DNA from: Dimorphilus gyrociliatus
Taxonomy: Eukaryota > Animalia > Annelida
DNA length: 64,000 nucleotides
Assembly (NCBI GenBank): GCA_904063045.1
Contig: CAJFCJ010000002.1
Span: 62,001-126,000, forward strand
Reading direction: 5' to 3'
In this document: piece after piece, positions 13,021 to 26,602 of the stretch
Numbering within the stretch: position 1 is the first letter of the stretch
How the letters are laid out: every line of letters starts with the position of its first letter
Translations under genes and position numbers: made by a program
Notes under the pieces: generated by a model
Databases searched by the model: none
Told to the model about the DNA's origin: nothing
Seen by the model: only the letters and a program-made list of their open reading frames with translations

Positions 13021-13940
13021 TCTTCTCCACTTTTCTTCGATCAACGACGCTTCTTTCAAACTCGACGAAAGTCACTAGCTCCACCTCTGGTTGTTGATTG
13101 GCTATTTCAACTATTATGCAAATCAATAAGGCGGAGCATATGGATAATTGAAGGCTACGCACAGTTTAGCGGCAAGGTTGTGATTGAGTAATTGCGGGCT
13201 TGTTATTCTTTTGTGCCGGCGGCGTTCCGACCGCTTTTCGTCTTGAATGGAATGTTTATTATTTATTTTTAGAGTTATTCATTCACTATATAATATTACA
13301 TAAGTAGGCGCACGTATACTACCCACTGATTTTATTAGCTCGCGCAATTAATAAGAAATTATATTCTGTTAACTAATTAACCGAGAATATAGAAGTGACT
13401 TTGATCTTGATTAGCTGAGAATAAGCTGCAGGTGAGTGGTTTAAATTGTCAAGTCTCTTGCGCAATCATAAGGATAGTCACGCGAATTGAAAGCAATCGA
13501 AATAAATTTGTATATCTATTATATTTCCACTTTAAATTGAAAAAAAAAGTTCAAAAATAGACCTTGAGAAATGGAAAGGCGTTTTTTCTCAGAAAGCGAT
13601 CAATCGTTGCTAAAAACTTTTACTTTGACCTTTGATCTCGTTCTCCCATCTGAACAAAATGTTCACGCATATCCCCCCATTTTCTAACAATATACTAAAC
13701 GAAAAGGTTATCAAAAATACACCGATACAGTAGTGTAATTTGTGAGTTTTATTGCTATAATTATTCATTATTGGGAATTGATGATGTGCATAGACTATCC
13801 ATACTTTCATAAGATGCATTCGTTTGCAAATTTCTAGAAGACGATGAAAAACAACTGCGAAGTTTGTACGTTACTCTTCTTATCACAGACCTATTAAGAT
13901 AGTCAAGTAATTAACATAAATTCTCTTTACAAAATTGATC

Positions 13941-16595
13941 TTACATTGTTTGTAGTTCTTTGCTAACTTGTTCCAATGTACGCCCTCTTGTCTCTGGAAC
14001 TAATAGACTAACAAAAAGGATGGATAATAGGCAGACAATAGCGGAAATTGTGCACATATTCGCTAATCCAATGGCAGCTGCATGAAAATTATTAAATTAT
14101 AACTTCACTTTTAGTTTTTGTTAATAATACATTTACCCGTTACATCCAAGAATGTCATCGATACTAAAATGTTTGATCCGAGACCAAATATATTCGCCAC
14201 AGAGAATGCTCTTCCTTTTAGAGATGTGGGAAATATCTCACTGAGAATTAACCACGAAACTGTAATAAAAACAAAAGGTGTGTGTGTGTGTGAGAGAGAA
14301 AGAAAGGTATAAATTTTAAGAGGATCTTGTAAATATAATAAAAATTACTTACTCGGACCAAAACCGATGGAAAATCCGATTACGAACGTAATTAAAGAGC
14401 TTATCACTAGGAAACGAAAGAATCTTGTTGGCTGTATTTCTAATTCGTTATTTGCTGATATATTAGCTGGAGTGGTTATAGAACTGTCGTTGAACGCGAA
14501 CACTATTGAGGTCGTATTTTTATCATCAATGCATATCTTTTCCAATTTGAGATCGTTAGGTGAATTATATAAGGTTATTGCCAATAAAGCCATGCTAATC
14601 AACATTAAAGTGCAGCCAATTGTTAATAATCTCCGTCTACTAAATCTATCGACTACGAATAATAGACATCCAGTAAAAATACACTGTAAAAATAGTTTTA
14701 AAGTTAGCTAATTTCTCAAAGTGACTGGCAGCTCCATCTAGTATTTTATATTAGAATGAATCTCTTTGTTATTTAATTAATGAGTAGCTACTTTATTTGA
14801 TAGCAAAACTACTAAACAGTGTTTATGTTATAAAGAGTTCACTTAATTAATTTAGAGCTGAATTAGTAATTAGTGACGAAACGATTGTTTTATTTTGTTA
14901 CCTTTGCCAAACCTAAGCCAACTGTTGCCAAAGTAGAGGCTGTATCTTTATGAAAACCAATATGTTGAAATATTGTTGGCGAATAGAATAGTATATTTGG
15001 TTGACCAGAAAACTATAAATAGTTATATAAATTCATTTATTAATATCTAATTATTAACGTCTACATTGTATATTTACTTGTAAAAGAGTAACAATACTTA
15101 TAGCGATGCCCATTCTTGCCATCATATTGTCTTTATTTCTGAATAGATCAAGGAAATTGTAGCGCTGTATGGAAAGTTGCACAAATATAATAAGATATAT
15201 AATTAGATATATTTAAAAAAAATAAGCAGACAGATTCTTCGAACAAAGACTTCTTAATTAGATGAATTTCAGTCTCTATGGATGAATGACCTCGAAGTAT
15301 TCTTAAGCAATTAATCGCCTATTAATTATAACATTTTTGTATTTATAAACAAACTCATTGAATAGATGTAATTGAGTGATAAACTTACTTCGGCTTCTTT
15401 ATTCTTCAATAACAAATACCTGGGACTTTTCGGCATGTTTAACATTAATAGAGCCTGTATAACAGATGGTATGGAAGCTAATCCGAACATGTATCTCCTG
15501 AAAAAGAATTATAAGTTGTCTATCAAAGATTAATATAGTATTAGGAAGAATTCAACTAACCATCCATCAGAAGTTGTAATAAGTAAATAGCTGACAAGGA
15601 ATGACACTAAAAACCCCAAAGTTATACCAAATTCATATAATGAAACCAATCTTCCCCTTAATTTCTAATTTAAAAACAAAAATTAAATAGTATTATTAAC
15701 TAAGGCAGCTATTTTATTCGACATAGTAATCGAATAGCTTACTAACAGAAATTGCTATTTCTGACATATAAATACAAGTTGAAACGGACGATAATGAAAC
15801 AGCACACCCGACAAGTAACCTGGCAAATATCTAAAAAGAAGATAAATGTTAGATAATTTGTAGAAAGAACTTATTTTCATTACCAAAATACTAAAATTCT
15901 GAGCAAACGCCAATAAAAACGAAGCTATTGTGAAGATTACACAATTTATTATAATTGTAACTTTTCTCCCAACCTTATCTACTAATAGACCTATAAATAT
16001 TTTTAAGAATTAGAAAAAATAGGAATCAAAATTCAATTATATTACTATTTACCCGCTATTACATATGAGACAATACCACCAATCAGTGCAGAGGAAACTA
16101 ATAATTCTCTGTCCTTACAATTCAATTGAAAATGAGTTTTTAATTGAAGTAAAGCACCAGATATAATACCTGATAATATCGATTATATATTTAAAGTATG
16201 ATCTATATGAAGGATAACCTACCAATATCATAACCGAATAAAACTCCATTAATACAAGATAAAATTCCAGCCGAGATTGTTAAGCAGGTTGGAAAGGACT
16301 TTTTCCTTGGAGGAATAGTTGGAGACAAGCTTTCGGAGGATAGTAACGATGTTTCTATGTTGTCACCTTCGTTCGTTCTAATTTCAGATTCGGTATCTGA
16401 TAATTGATCATCGCTCTGGATTGAAAATTTCCTTTCTCGTTCAAAAGCAATATTTGCTTTCGAAAATTCTTGATCAATTAATTCACCTAGAGGGTTATTA
16501 TTAATTATTTAGCAAAGTAATGAAAGTAAACTGTAATTTAAGCAAAGTTTACGGTTGATTGCATCGACTAGATCGTCAATTTCACTGTCGTCCAT
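13941..16595 (-). CDS. SLC2A12: Class III facilitated glucose transporter, GLUT10/GLUT12-like, about 13 exons
   Basis: Exons read by hand, e.g. 16595-16553, 16486-16223, 16169-16053, 15990-15884, 15830-15747, 15664-15561, 15497-15389, last exon ending TAA at 13941. Motifs GVLFGYDIGIISGALLQLK, DKVGRK, LRGRLVSLYEFGITLG, DLFRNKDNM, GQPNILFY, GPISWLILSEIFP, PETRGRTLEQ. SLC2A10 versus SLC2A12 cannot be separated by eye. Confidence 0.88.
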
Positions 16596-16933
16596 TGATA
16601 TGCCGTATTATCGCTCACAATATGTAATCACATTTCGTAACAAATAACAAGTTTTTCTTCAACAGTTATTTGATGCGATTTTAATTTTCCATTTAAGCCT
16701 GTAAGTCACATAAACAAGTCACTGCATCATTTTTTAACTGAAAAACGCAGCAAATTCTTGGAAGAAAAGTGTAAATAAAAAATCCCATCATTCAAACTGT
16801 TTCGAGAAAACACCTCAAATCGGAAACGAGGCTGTAAAAACACGGAATCCCCCAGCTCTTGCGATTTTCTCAAAGTAAAGAGGCTGGAGTAATCGCAAAT
16901 TATCTTATAAGAATTAAATGTTTAGAAATTTTA

Positions 16934-18532
16934 ATGGACGGAAATGAGGTAAATAGTCATTAAAGGAACAATCTGGGTAGTCGTCATTATTATAAAACCC
17001 ATTCTAAAATAGGCTTTGCAGCTTTAGTGATGACTATAGAAAATGGCTAAAAAATTAACTTTTTTTTAAGGAGGAACCATCTTTTAAGAAGACCAAAATC
17101 CAAAATGTTTCCAAAGATGACGAAGATGGATTGTACACTCGAACAAAACGTTAGTATTATTTTGATTCTAGTAATATCTAGAATTTAAATTTCGTAACTT
17201 TCAAATATAAACAATCTATACATTCTAATGCAGGAGTAGTAAAAGTGAAGCAATTTTTTCCCTGTCCGGTTTGTGGTGAGGAGTTGACTAGTGAAGAACT
17301 GTCTCCTCATTTAAATAATGAAGTATGCTGGCTTCAGGATTACACCAAGAAATTATTCAAACGCCATACTTATTCATCATCTCGACGTACTGTTTCTGAA
17401 AGTGATGATAGAATAACCCCTTCTACCTCAACTAGTACCGAAGAAATGACTCATAAAGATATGCGAGAAGCTCTCTTGCAGGTTCGACAAAATCGACGAC
17501 AAAGAGTTCGAGGGGCTGCTAGGTGTCCTGTATGCTTTAAAGCCATTCCAGGAGAAGAGCGAGACGTTCAGGAACATGTTGATTCTTGTCTTGAGCGAAG
17601 TGTTAGTATCAGTTTTCAAGTCAAAGAGGATAAATAGATAATTTTATTGATAATAAATAGACAAGAAGAAACGAAGAAGAAAACGGACAGATCGTCGTAG
17701 ATGAAAGCACTGACGACGATGAAGAATTTGATTCGTATACGTGGTGTGGACAAACAAGAGTAAGAGCAACATCAGGAATGCATAGCCATGCATTTGGTTC
17801 CCTAGCAACAAGAGGCAAGAAAGCAACCGAAGATGAAGATGCTGTTGTAAATGTAGAAGAGGTAGAAGAGAATCAATACGGGGACACGCAATACGATGAG
17901 AAAGATGTTATTTTACCTAGTCGTTCTAATAATGCTGAAGTTCGAGAAGCCTTAGCTATTCGTTCAGCTTTAGTAGGGTAAATACATAAATTATTTAGAA
18001 AGCTAATTGACCTAATTAATATTAAATGATTTTCAAATAATTATAGTCAAAGTCAAGTTGACATTCCTGAAAGTCGAAAGCGTTGGGAAGATGTAGGAAT
18101 TGAAACTACAGAAATAGCAGATGAACAAAATGGAAAAGAGAATAAAATAAGAGATTGTTGTAAAATGATTCAAGATAAATTTGATATAACAACAAAAAAT
18201 TTAGAAAATTTACAGGGAAACATCCAGAAATGCTTAATATGCATGGTAAGTTTGTACAATAATTTCAATACTTTTAACTATTAAAAGACATTTGATAATA
18301 TGTCATTTTTCAGGAACCGTATCAAATACCAGTAGTATCTATCACATGTTGGCATGTTTTCTGTGAGGAATGCTGGCTTCGTTCCTTAGTAAGTTATATA
18401 ATTAGTATAAAATTTAAAAGCTAAATTAGACAATAAGTGTTTCATTTTGTTTTTTAAAAGGGATCCAAGAAAGTTTGCCCTAAATGCAACGAAATAACCT
18501 CTCCATCTAATTTAAGGAAAATTTATTTATGA
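16934..18532 (+). CDS. RNF220: E3 ubiquitin ligase RNF220
   Basis: CPVC zinc-binding motifs, EEFDSYTWCGQTRVRATS (cf. RNF220 EEYEWCGQKRIRAT), and C-terminal RING CLICMEPYQIPVVSITCWHVFCEECWLRSLGSKKVCPKCNEITSPSNLRKIYL*. The short first exons (16934-16948, 17071-17149) are inferred from splice phase. Confidence 0.92.
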
Positions 18533-18677
18533 CTGACGATCGCAATGTGCGATAATTTTACTACATGGGATATCATTGATATCTAATTCAATTAATCATG
18601 TTATATATAGCTATCCAAGTAGAATTTATAGAATAAATCGTGTATATATTATTATCTATATTATTATTATTAATATT

Positions 18678-19519
<842 letters not shown>

Positions 19520-19929
19520 CTATTCGAAGTGAAAATGATGAAGTAACCGACAAAGGGCAAGGTGAAAAGATGTTTTTTAGACAGCGAAACATCTGTACTT
19601 GCTCTATTTCCCGTTCCGCTCTTGATAACGAAAGTGAAGAGGCCGTATTTAATATATTATGATAAACTCTCTAAAATGTTATAAATAATGCACACAAAAA
19701 ATGGTACATTGAAAAACGATCATATTTATAATCGTAGTTTATTTAAAAGTCTTTAAGCGCGAAATTTAAAAAGTTGATTTCAAAAAAAAACTGTATTAAG
19801 CTTAATAAGATTATATCGTTACGTAAAACAAATAACTATAAAAAAGTATGGCATTTTGAGCAATTTTTTAGTATCAGGATAAAAAATTTCTGAAAGAAAT
19901 TAAGTTTGTAACTGTTATATATAAAAGCC

Positions 19930-22900
19930 TTAATACTTTGTCCAAGTAGTTTTAGGTATAGTCAAATTATTCAAGTCAAATGTATTGTTTTTTGACATTT
20001 CGTGCGTTTTCAAATGTGTTTTAAGGTTGCACTGTAAGGCAAACCTCTTACCACAAACGTTACATTGATGAGGTTTATCTCCGCTGTGCAAAAGTAAATG
20101 ATTTTTTAAATTGGTTGCCTTGCTGAAACCCCTCTGGCATACTTGGCATCTGAATGGCCAAGAACCATTATGGACATAGGTATGGGACCGCAAATCTCCT
20201 GGTGTTGGGAAAGATTTTGAGCATAATTTGCATTTATGAGGTTTTTCTTTGTCGTGTGTCATTCTATGGTAGTATAGATTTGAACTTGCTGTAAATCTTT
20301 TACCACAAATTTGACATTCATGTGGTTTTTCTCCAGAGTGTATTCTCCTGTGTGTATTTAAACTAGATGACGTCGAAAATGATTTACCACACACATCACA
20401 CGAATGAGGTTTCTCACCCGTATGTGTCCTCGTGTGACGCCTCAACAGCGATGGTCTATCAAATTTTTTCCCACAAACTGTACAAGGTAGCCAAGTTTTT
20501 TCCTTTTTATTTCTAATAGGATTTCCCGGAAGCGAGTTATTATAGAATAGAGAGGTTGTTGGATGGGGCGGAGGAGGTAGTGGAGGAGGGGGAGGAGGAA
20601 GAGGTGGATTCATTGATGAAAATAGATGTTTAGGTGGAGAAAAAATATCACTAGTTGGTGTTAGTAAATGAGAAAAAAATCTTGTATCATAAGGCGATTG
20701 GAATTTCTCCGATAAAGTTGATGTTGATGCAATGCCACTGTCTGACAATTCTCTCTTAGCTTCCATTTGAAATAAAAGTTCTTGTCCGGCATCTATATCA
20801 CATAAAACTTTAAAACCAACAATACTGCCATCTATATCTCGAATATCTTCTAAATTTTCACGTTTTGAATTTCTCACAAATCTCACCCAATTACAATGTC
20901 TAACCAAGTGCTTTTCGACCGACATAATATTCTCAATGCATCCTCGATCAAATCGAATCTAAAAATAGAAGCAAAAAACATATTTTTAACATCTAAGTTT
21001 AATGCCATCTGGTGGGCGCAAGTGTAATGGTTGAGAAAATATTTTCGATTTGCCTACAATCAGCGAGATTTTTGAACCCTTTGAACTGGGCTGATGTTGA
21101 AGCTGACAGAGTAAGAGTTGCAATTTTACGGATCTTATAGAATATTGAAAAGAGTATAGAGAAATGAGCAACAATTCTGAATTTAATTGGTCATATATTT
21201 TTTCTATGCATTTACATCTATCAATTTCATTTGCTTTTATATTTATTCAATAGATTAAATCTATCAAGTAAAGTTTACGGAAGGAGGAAAAGAGAGAAAA
21301 TTATAGACCAGTCGGCGAATCGGCGCCAGCAGCTGTCAATGGTGAAAGATGATCAGTAAATGAAGCGTATTGCTCTGCATTGAAATCGTCTTTTAAAATA
21401 CACCCATAGTCGTTTAGCGACCCGAACAGTATTATAAATTCGAATAGATAAGAGACGAGCATTTGTTCCATGTGAACTATGCCTATTCTATAAAAAAATA
21501 TTTTTGTCTCCTTTCACCCTTATTTTATTCTGGTTTTCTTTTCTTCTTGTCGGCCTACTTGATCTTGTTTATGGTATTTTCTAAAATATTGTCACTTTCT
21601 ATATTCTTTAAATAAATAACTGAAAGAAAATTTCTTTCTTTAACAGTAACTAATAGGAACCTAACAAAATTATGAATATCGGGATCATATTTCTCTCAGT
21701 TATATCATGTAGCATATAATTTTCAAAATAGTTTGAATTAAGCTATATAAAATAATTGAATTAGCAACAAAGGAAAGCTTACAAAAAGTTTAATGGGTGG
21801 AATTTGAATAAAAGAAGGTGGAGAGGAGGAGGTGAAGAGAGAGTGTATAAATGAGAGATATCAGAAAAGACAGATAATTAATCTAGACATTTCTCTTTTT
21901 TTATAAATTGTTTCAATTTGACGAGTATTTGAAACGCTGTGGCGCGTGGCGCTTTCAATACAACAGACGCTTTGTATCTTCTCGCCATTTTTACGACCAT
22001 CCTGCTCTCGCGTGGCAGTCATTAGCATATAGAATGATGAACGTAATTTATTGCGCGTCACTGCTCTCTATATATTTTAATTATCGTCCAGACTGTATAA
22101 AGGGAAAAAATGATGGACCGCTATCTAACGACCCAACAGAAAATACCCTGACCGTTTCGGACATCTTCTTTCAAAGTCATTGTCTGTAAATTATTGATTC
22201 TCTAACAAAGAAGACCACTTAAAAATTTTACTATATAGTCTATCCTCTATTTTCTTCATTACCGTGAAGTTGACACGTCTACATTTATTTCATAAACTGA
22301 TAATTATTGCAAAATATTTTAAATTTAATGTTAGAAAATTGTAGGCTATTTTGAAAATTTATATTCAAAGAATGGAATATATTTTCTATAGTTGATGAAA
22401 AGAAGCCGTCTATAGATGATGCATTTCACAAATCGTTTTACTGTTCATTATGGTCTATAATTACCGTTTATGGAGGTTTGGAACGAACTGTCGACTTTTA
22501 AATATATAGGGGTACTAAAAAACTAGTAAAGAAATACCAATTTGATATTTTATTGCACGATGAACAAGTTTCATTTGGTTTTAAACCTTTTTAGGACCAT
22601 CTTCACAGGGATTCCGCCGTATTGTTAGTGTAAATTGCCGATCATAATTCTAAGTTCATTCGTAGGAAACAGCACAGCGACTGTTCGAGGCGGGTGGTGC
22701 TATACGGGCTAGTAAAATTGAGTAGAATTCTAATGTTCTTTTAATGATTCTTTTATAGAGTGGTATATGCATGCGTGCATCCGAATTGACCTTTTCTAGC
22801 ACTTAGAGATATGGTCTTTAAGTAAAAACCAGAGCGAGTCAAAAATTTTAAGGAATAGATGAGAAAATAGATTATCTTAAGGTCATTCATCCGATTCTAT

Positions 22901-23331
22901 ACCGGCATTATTATTTTCTTAAATATTATCACCTTGAAAATTTTACTCTTTACAAGGGTTTTTATAATGTATTTTTAGCAAATTGCCTCGTAATTAGTTT
23001 ATTTACCAAATAGATTGCTCTTCGTTATTCCTCAATAAAGGGAATTTGAATGAAGAATGAATTAAAGAAGAATGAAAAGAAAGAGAAGGTTTATAAATGT
23101 TTGTTTACTTACATCGTCCTTTTCTAAAATTTCACTTATTTGATATTGAAACAATTCAATTCGTCCTTGATTGGGAGAGAGAATGCATCCTTTTTTCAAC
23201 TTTTTTCTAGCTCGAACTGACACTCCAACGTCAAATTTGTTGAATGTTCCAGGATGATTGTTATCTTCATGTTGTTTAAAAGGTTCCAAAACTAACGAAA
23301 GACAGTCGGGAATTAAAACGCAGCTCTCCAT
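19930..23331 (-). CDS. PR/SET-domain C2H2 zinc-finger transcription factor (PRDM-like, 6 fingers), 2 exons, about 415 aa
   Basis: Exons 23331-23113 and 20958-19930 join in phase 0. PR-like motifs VRARKKLKKG, CNWVRFVR, DIDAGQELL; a polyproline linker; six tandem C2H2 fingers with TGEKPH-type linkers. The start ATG at 23331 is inferred. Confidence 0.85.
21001..21017 (-). promoter_or_regulatory. CTCF-like motif GCCCACCAGATGGCATT (PRDM-like intron)
   Basis: Close match to the CTCF core. Motif match only. Confidence 0.5.
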
Positions 23332-24940
23332 TGAAAAAATCGAAATGAACGGACAGAATATCAATAAGATTTCGATCAGAAAATGACGTAGAAAACATTG
23401 TCCCGCCTACATTTTGTAAAGATCAGGCAATTCTTGAAAACATTCAACCAATCGCCACCATGTGGGCGGAGTTATAAGTTTTAGAAAATGGAGAAATATT
23501 ACCTTCGGGTCATGTTTGACTTGGACAAAGAAAAGATAAGGGCTTATCAGTGGATGAATTTAATAGGCTTGAAATTACACGTTCTGCAGATGGGGGTACT
23601 TTATGTGACCCCCTTGTTTTCCCATTGATATCCTTGACCGTTGTAAAAATAAACTCAATAAGTATAATATTCAAATTTAGAAAGACGAGAAGAGAAACTG
23701 AAACCGTTAAATTTTTAAATTAAAGTATTAAATTGCAACATGCAAAGGAGGAACATCTTCGCGATAATTGCAGACTAATCTGTTCAAGACACTCTTTCGA
23801 TACTCTTAAATAAAATTGACTTGATATAATAATTTGTATTATTAAATTATTCCCCAATTATTTGTCATCGTTTTTCCACTGTAGAAACAAATTTCCAATA
23901 GTGTTTCATGCAAGAATTACAAGTACTTTTACTTTGCTTAATGCTCTCTTTCTCCCCTTTCGCTCTCCCTCTTTCTCACTCTTTGTAGTTAAATTCGTAC
24001 GATTCGATTCAAGCGTGTTGAATAGTTTGTTCAATTATCTTATTTTTGAAGACACAGAGCAAGGTGTTTAAATAATGCTAAATTACCTGCGAACCCCATA
24101 TTTACATCTAATTTATATCTAACGATCAAAAAAGCTGAATTGTATCCGGAAGGCTTTTCACTATCGTTTACAGCGGTTTACCTATTAATGATATGTAATC
24201 TACGCGATAATAGAAATAGCTTTTATACAGTCATTTGTATGTTCATTTTTACATTTATCATAACATTATCTAATAATTACTGCTATTATAGCTAATTATA
24301 ATAAACTATTTAAATAATAAAGTACTTTTAGAATGTTAAAATAATTAAGTTAAGGTATAGTAGTTCTTTTTTTTTGTATTTCGATGCTCTCTAAACATAG
24401 ATGTCATTTTTAAGAGTCTGCTTTGAAAGTATATGTTAAAAAATTGTTAATGTCAATTTGATTCAAACATCATGAGAATTTAACTACGTTCCTAAGTCGA
24501 TCTCTAAAGTATAACCTTTCTTGGCCATCAAAACTTCAAACACCCTACAATACGATAATAAACTTTTATATAATAGCAGAAACCTTGACGAAAAGGAATT
24601 TTGAGTTCGGACAATGTTAAATTCAGCACGTATATAATACTACATTCTTGGGGTTAAATCTCTGTTTCTTCTCAAATTTATTCTTTTATGTCAAAGCTTA
24701 TTTCTGGTGAATGAGAGTCGAATATTAAGAATTAAGCGAAAAGAGGCTTTTTTTAAGTGTTATACTTGTAAAAAGTTATTTTACGATTACGACAGTAAAT
24801 GATTGAGTAATACATTAATCTTGAGTATCTGATTGGTAAGACAAACGATTTATTGTTAACAAATATTTAATTTTATAGTAGTGATATTATTCAAAAGTAT
24901 TTCTATTAGCTTTTATATAAAAGGCGCGTTTATCTGGCTT

Positions 24941-24948
24941 ACTTCCGG
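24941..24948 (-). promoter_or_regulatory. ETS/GABP-type motif CCGGAAGT 30 nt upstream of the GTPBP8 ATG
   Basis: ACTTCCGG on the + strand immediately upstream of a housekeeping mitochondrial gene. Confidence 0.35.
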
Positions 24949-24977
24949 CGGAACATTGAAAAGCAATTGTTTATTAC

Positions 24978-26215
24978 ATGTGGACGATATTTAGAAAACG
25001 TCTTGCGCTTCCAATCCCGTTACGAAAGTATATTGCTTTTTTATTGCTCAATTACAACAGCTAGTTTTGTTTATCTATCAGTCAATCATATCAACGCCAT
25101 TTAATTCCAAGTACTTTTTGCAGATGTTTTTCGGAATTAAGTCATTGGAAAGACGTAAAACCTGATGAAACTCCCTTTGAAATTCTTAAACAGTACACAT
25201 CTGTCCCTCTTGAAAAATACCACGTCTTTCTACCACCAAAAGAAAGTCTTGTTAAATCATCTGACTTATTTTCCAAACGAAATGAATATATCGTTCATAA
25301 AGGAGCTATACACCCTGATAAATTGCCAGATACTAAAGAACTGGAGGTGAATTTTAAACTTATTTAATGGTATCCACAGACCATAAATTATTTGATAAAT
25401 TCTATAACTAAAAGGTAGCATTACTTGGTCAAAGTAATGTTGGAAAATCATCTCTTATTCAAGCATTGTATAATCATAATGAAGCTCTTAGGATAAAAAC
25501 ATCAAAAAAGCCAGTAATTACTTTTATGACCAACACCTTTCTATTATACTCGCTTCAATAATTTGTTTGAAAATAGGGTCATACTAAAGTAATCAAAATC
25601 TATTCTTACCCCAAAAATTTCTCTTTGGTGGATATGCCTGGTTTTGGTGAAAATATGCCGAAATACTTTGAAGAATGCGTCGAAAACTATTGCGTAATGA
25701 GACGACAGTAAATAATATTAAATATATTTTTATACATATAATTAATAATTCGAATTGATCTTTTCTCTCTAGGTTGACAAGGCTTCTTTTACTGATTGAC
25801 GCTGAACAAGGTATAACAGATATCGATAATATAGCTCTCGATATGCTTGAAGAATTTAACAGGCCATACGTGGTAGAAATTTTTGATGAATTTCTTTGAA
25901 AAATATGATGTTATATTCTTTATTATAGATAGTTCTTACGAAAATCGATAAATGTCATATAAGTCAACTCATTAGAACTATAATTAACGTTCAGGAAAGA
26001 ATTAAAATGACTTTGCATTGTTCTTTTCAACAGCCATTCCTTGTTAGGTTTGTTTATCCTTAATGGATTCTTTTATTAATAACAATAATAAGTGATATAC
26101 AATGTCTTTTTTTTTTCATTGCATTTTCTTTAGCTCTAAACAAGATCTTGGATTGCACCACTTGCGATGTTTTATTGCTTACGTTACCGGATGTATTTCT
26201 ATAAGGAATCTTTAA
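24978..26215 (+). CDS. GTPBP8: GTP-binding protein 8 (EngB/YihA-type GTPase), mitochondrial-type N-terminus
   Basis: G1 VALLGQSNVGKSSLI, G2 TSKKPGHT, G3 LVDMPGFG, G4 IVLTKIDK, and C-terminal GLHHLRCFIAYVTG. Small GT-AG introns restore the frame. Confidence 0.9.
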
Positions 26216-26506
26216 TAGTTCTTAAACTATTTTCAATAAAAATAAATAAAAAATTGCAATTACTTTTCGAGACCTCAACTGCGCCATCTGTATTCAATAT
26301 TAAACACAATAACGAACAAGTTTTTCAGTCGGTAGATGGCGTTAGATATGCAACAATATTTTTTAAGTAATTTGATTAATAAGATATATAATTATAAAAT
26401 TCTAAAAAAGCTTCATTTGTATTGACAAGATATAAAAAAATACTTTGTTTTCTTTGTTTCTTTGCAAAACGTATAAAACGAAAAAAATTGTGAAAGCAGT
26501 CTTTTT

Positions 26507-26538
26507 GTTTGTTTGTTTGTTTGTTTAGTTTTGTTTGT
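26507..26538. repeat. (GTTT)n microsatellite
   Basis: tgtttgtttgtttgtttgttt. Confidence 0.85.
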
Positions 26539-26602
26539 TATAATTAGTTTTATAACAATAGCACCAAATAATTTTTTTTTACGGATAGCTCATCCGTTTT
26601 AA

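Noticed and set aside
12926-13162. 78-aa ORF that looks like a signal-peptide/neuropeptide precursor (MRSLQLSICSALLICII...)
   Set aside because: It starts at GTG and overlaps rx exon 1 in another frame. The octapeptide frame with a perfect GTGAGT donor explains the region.
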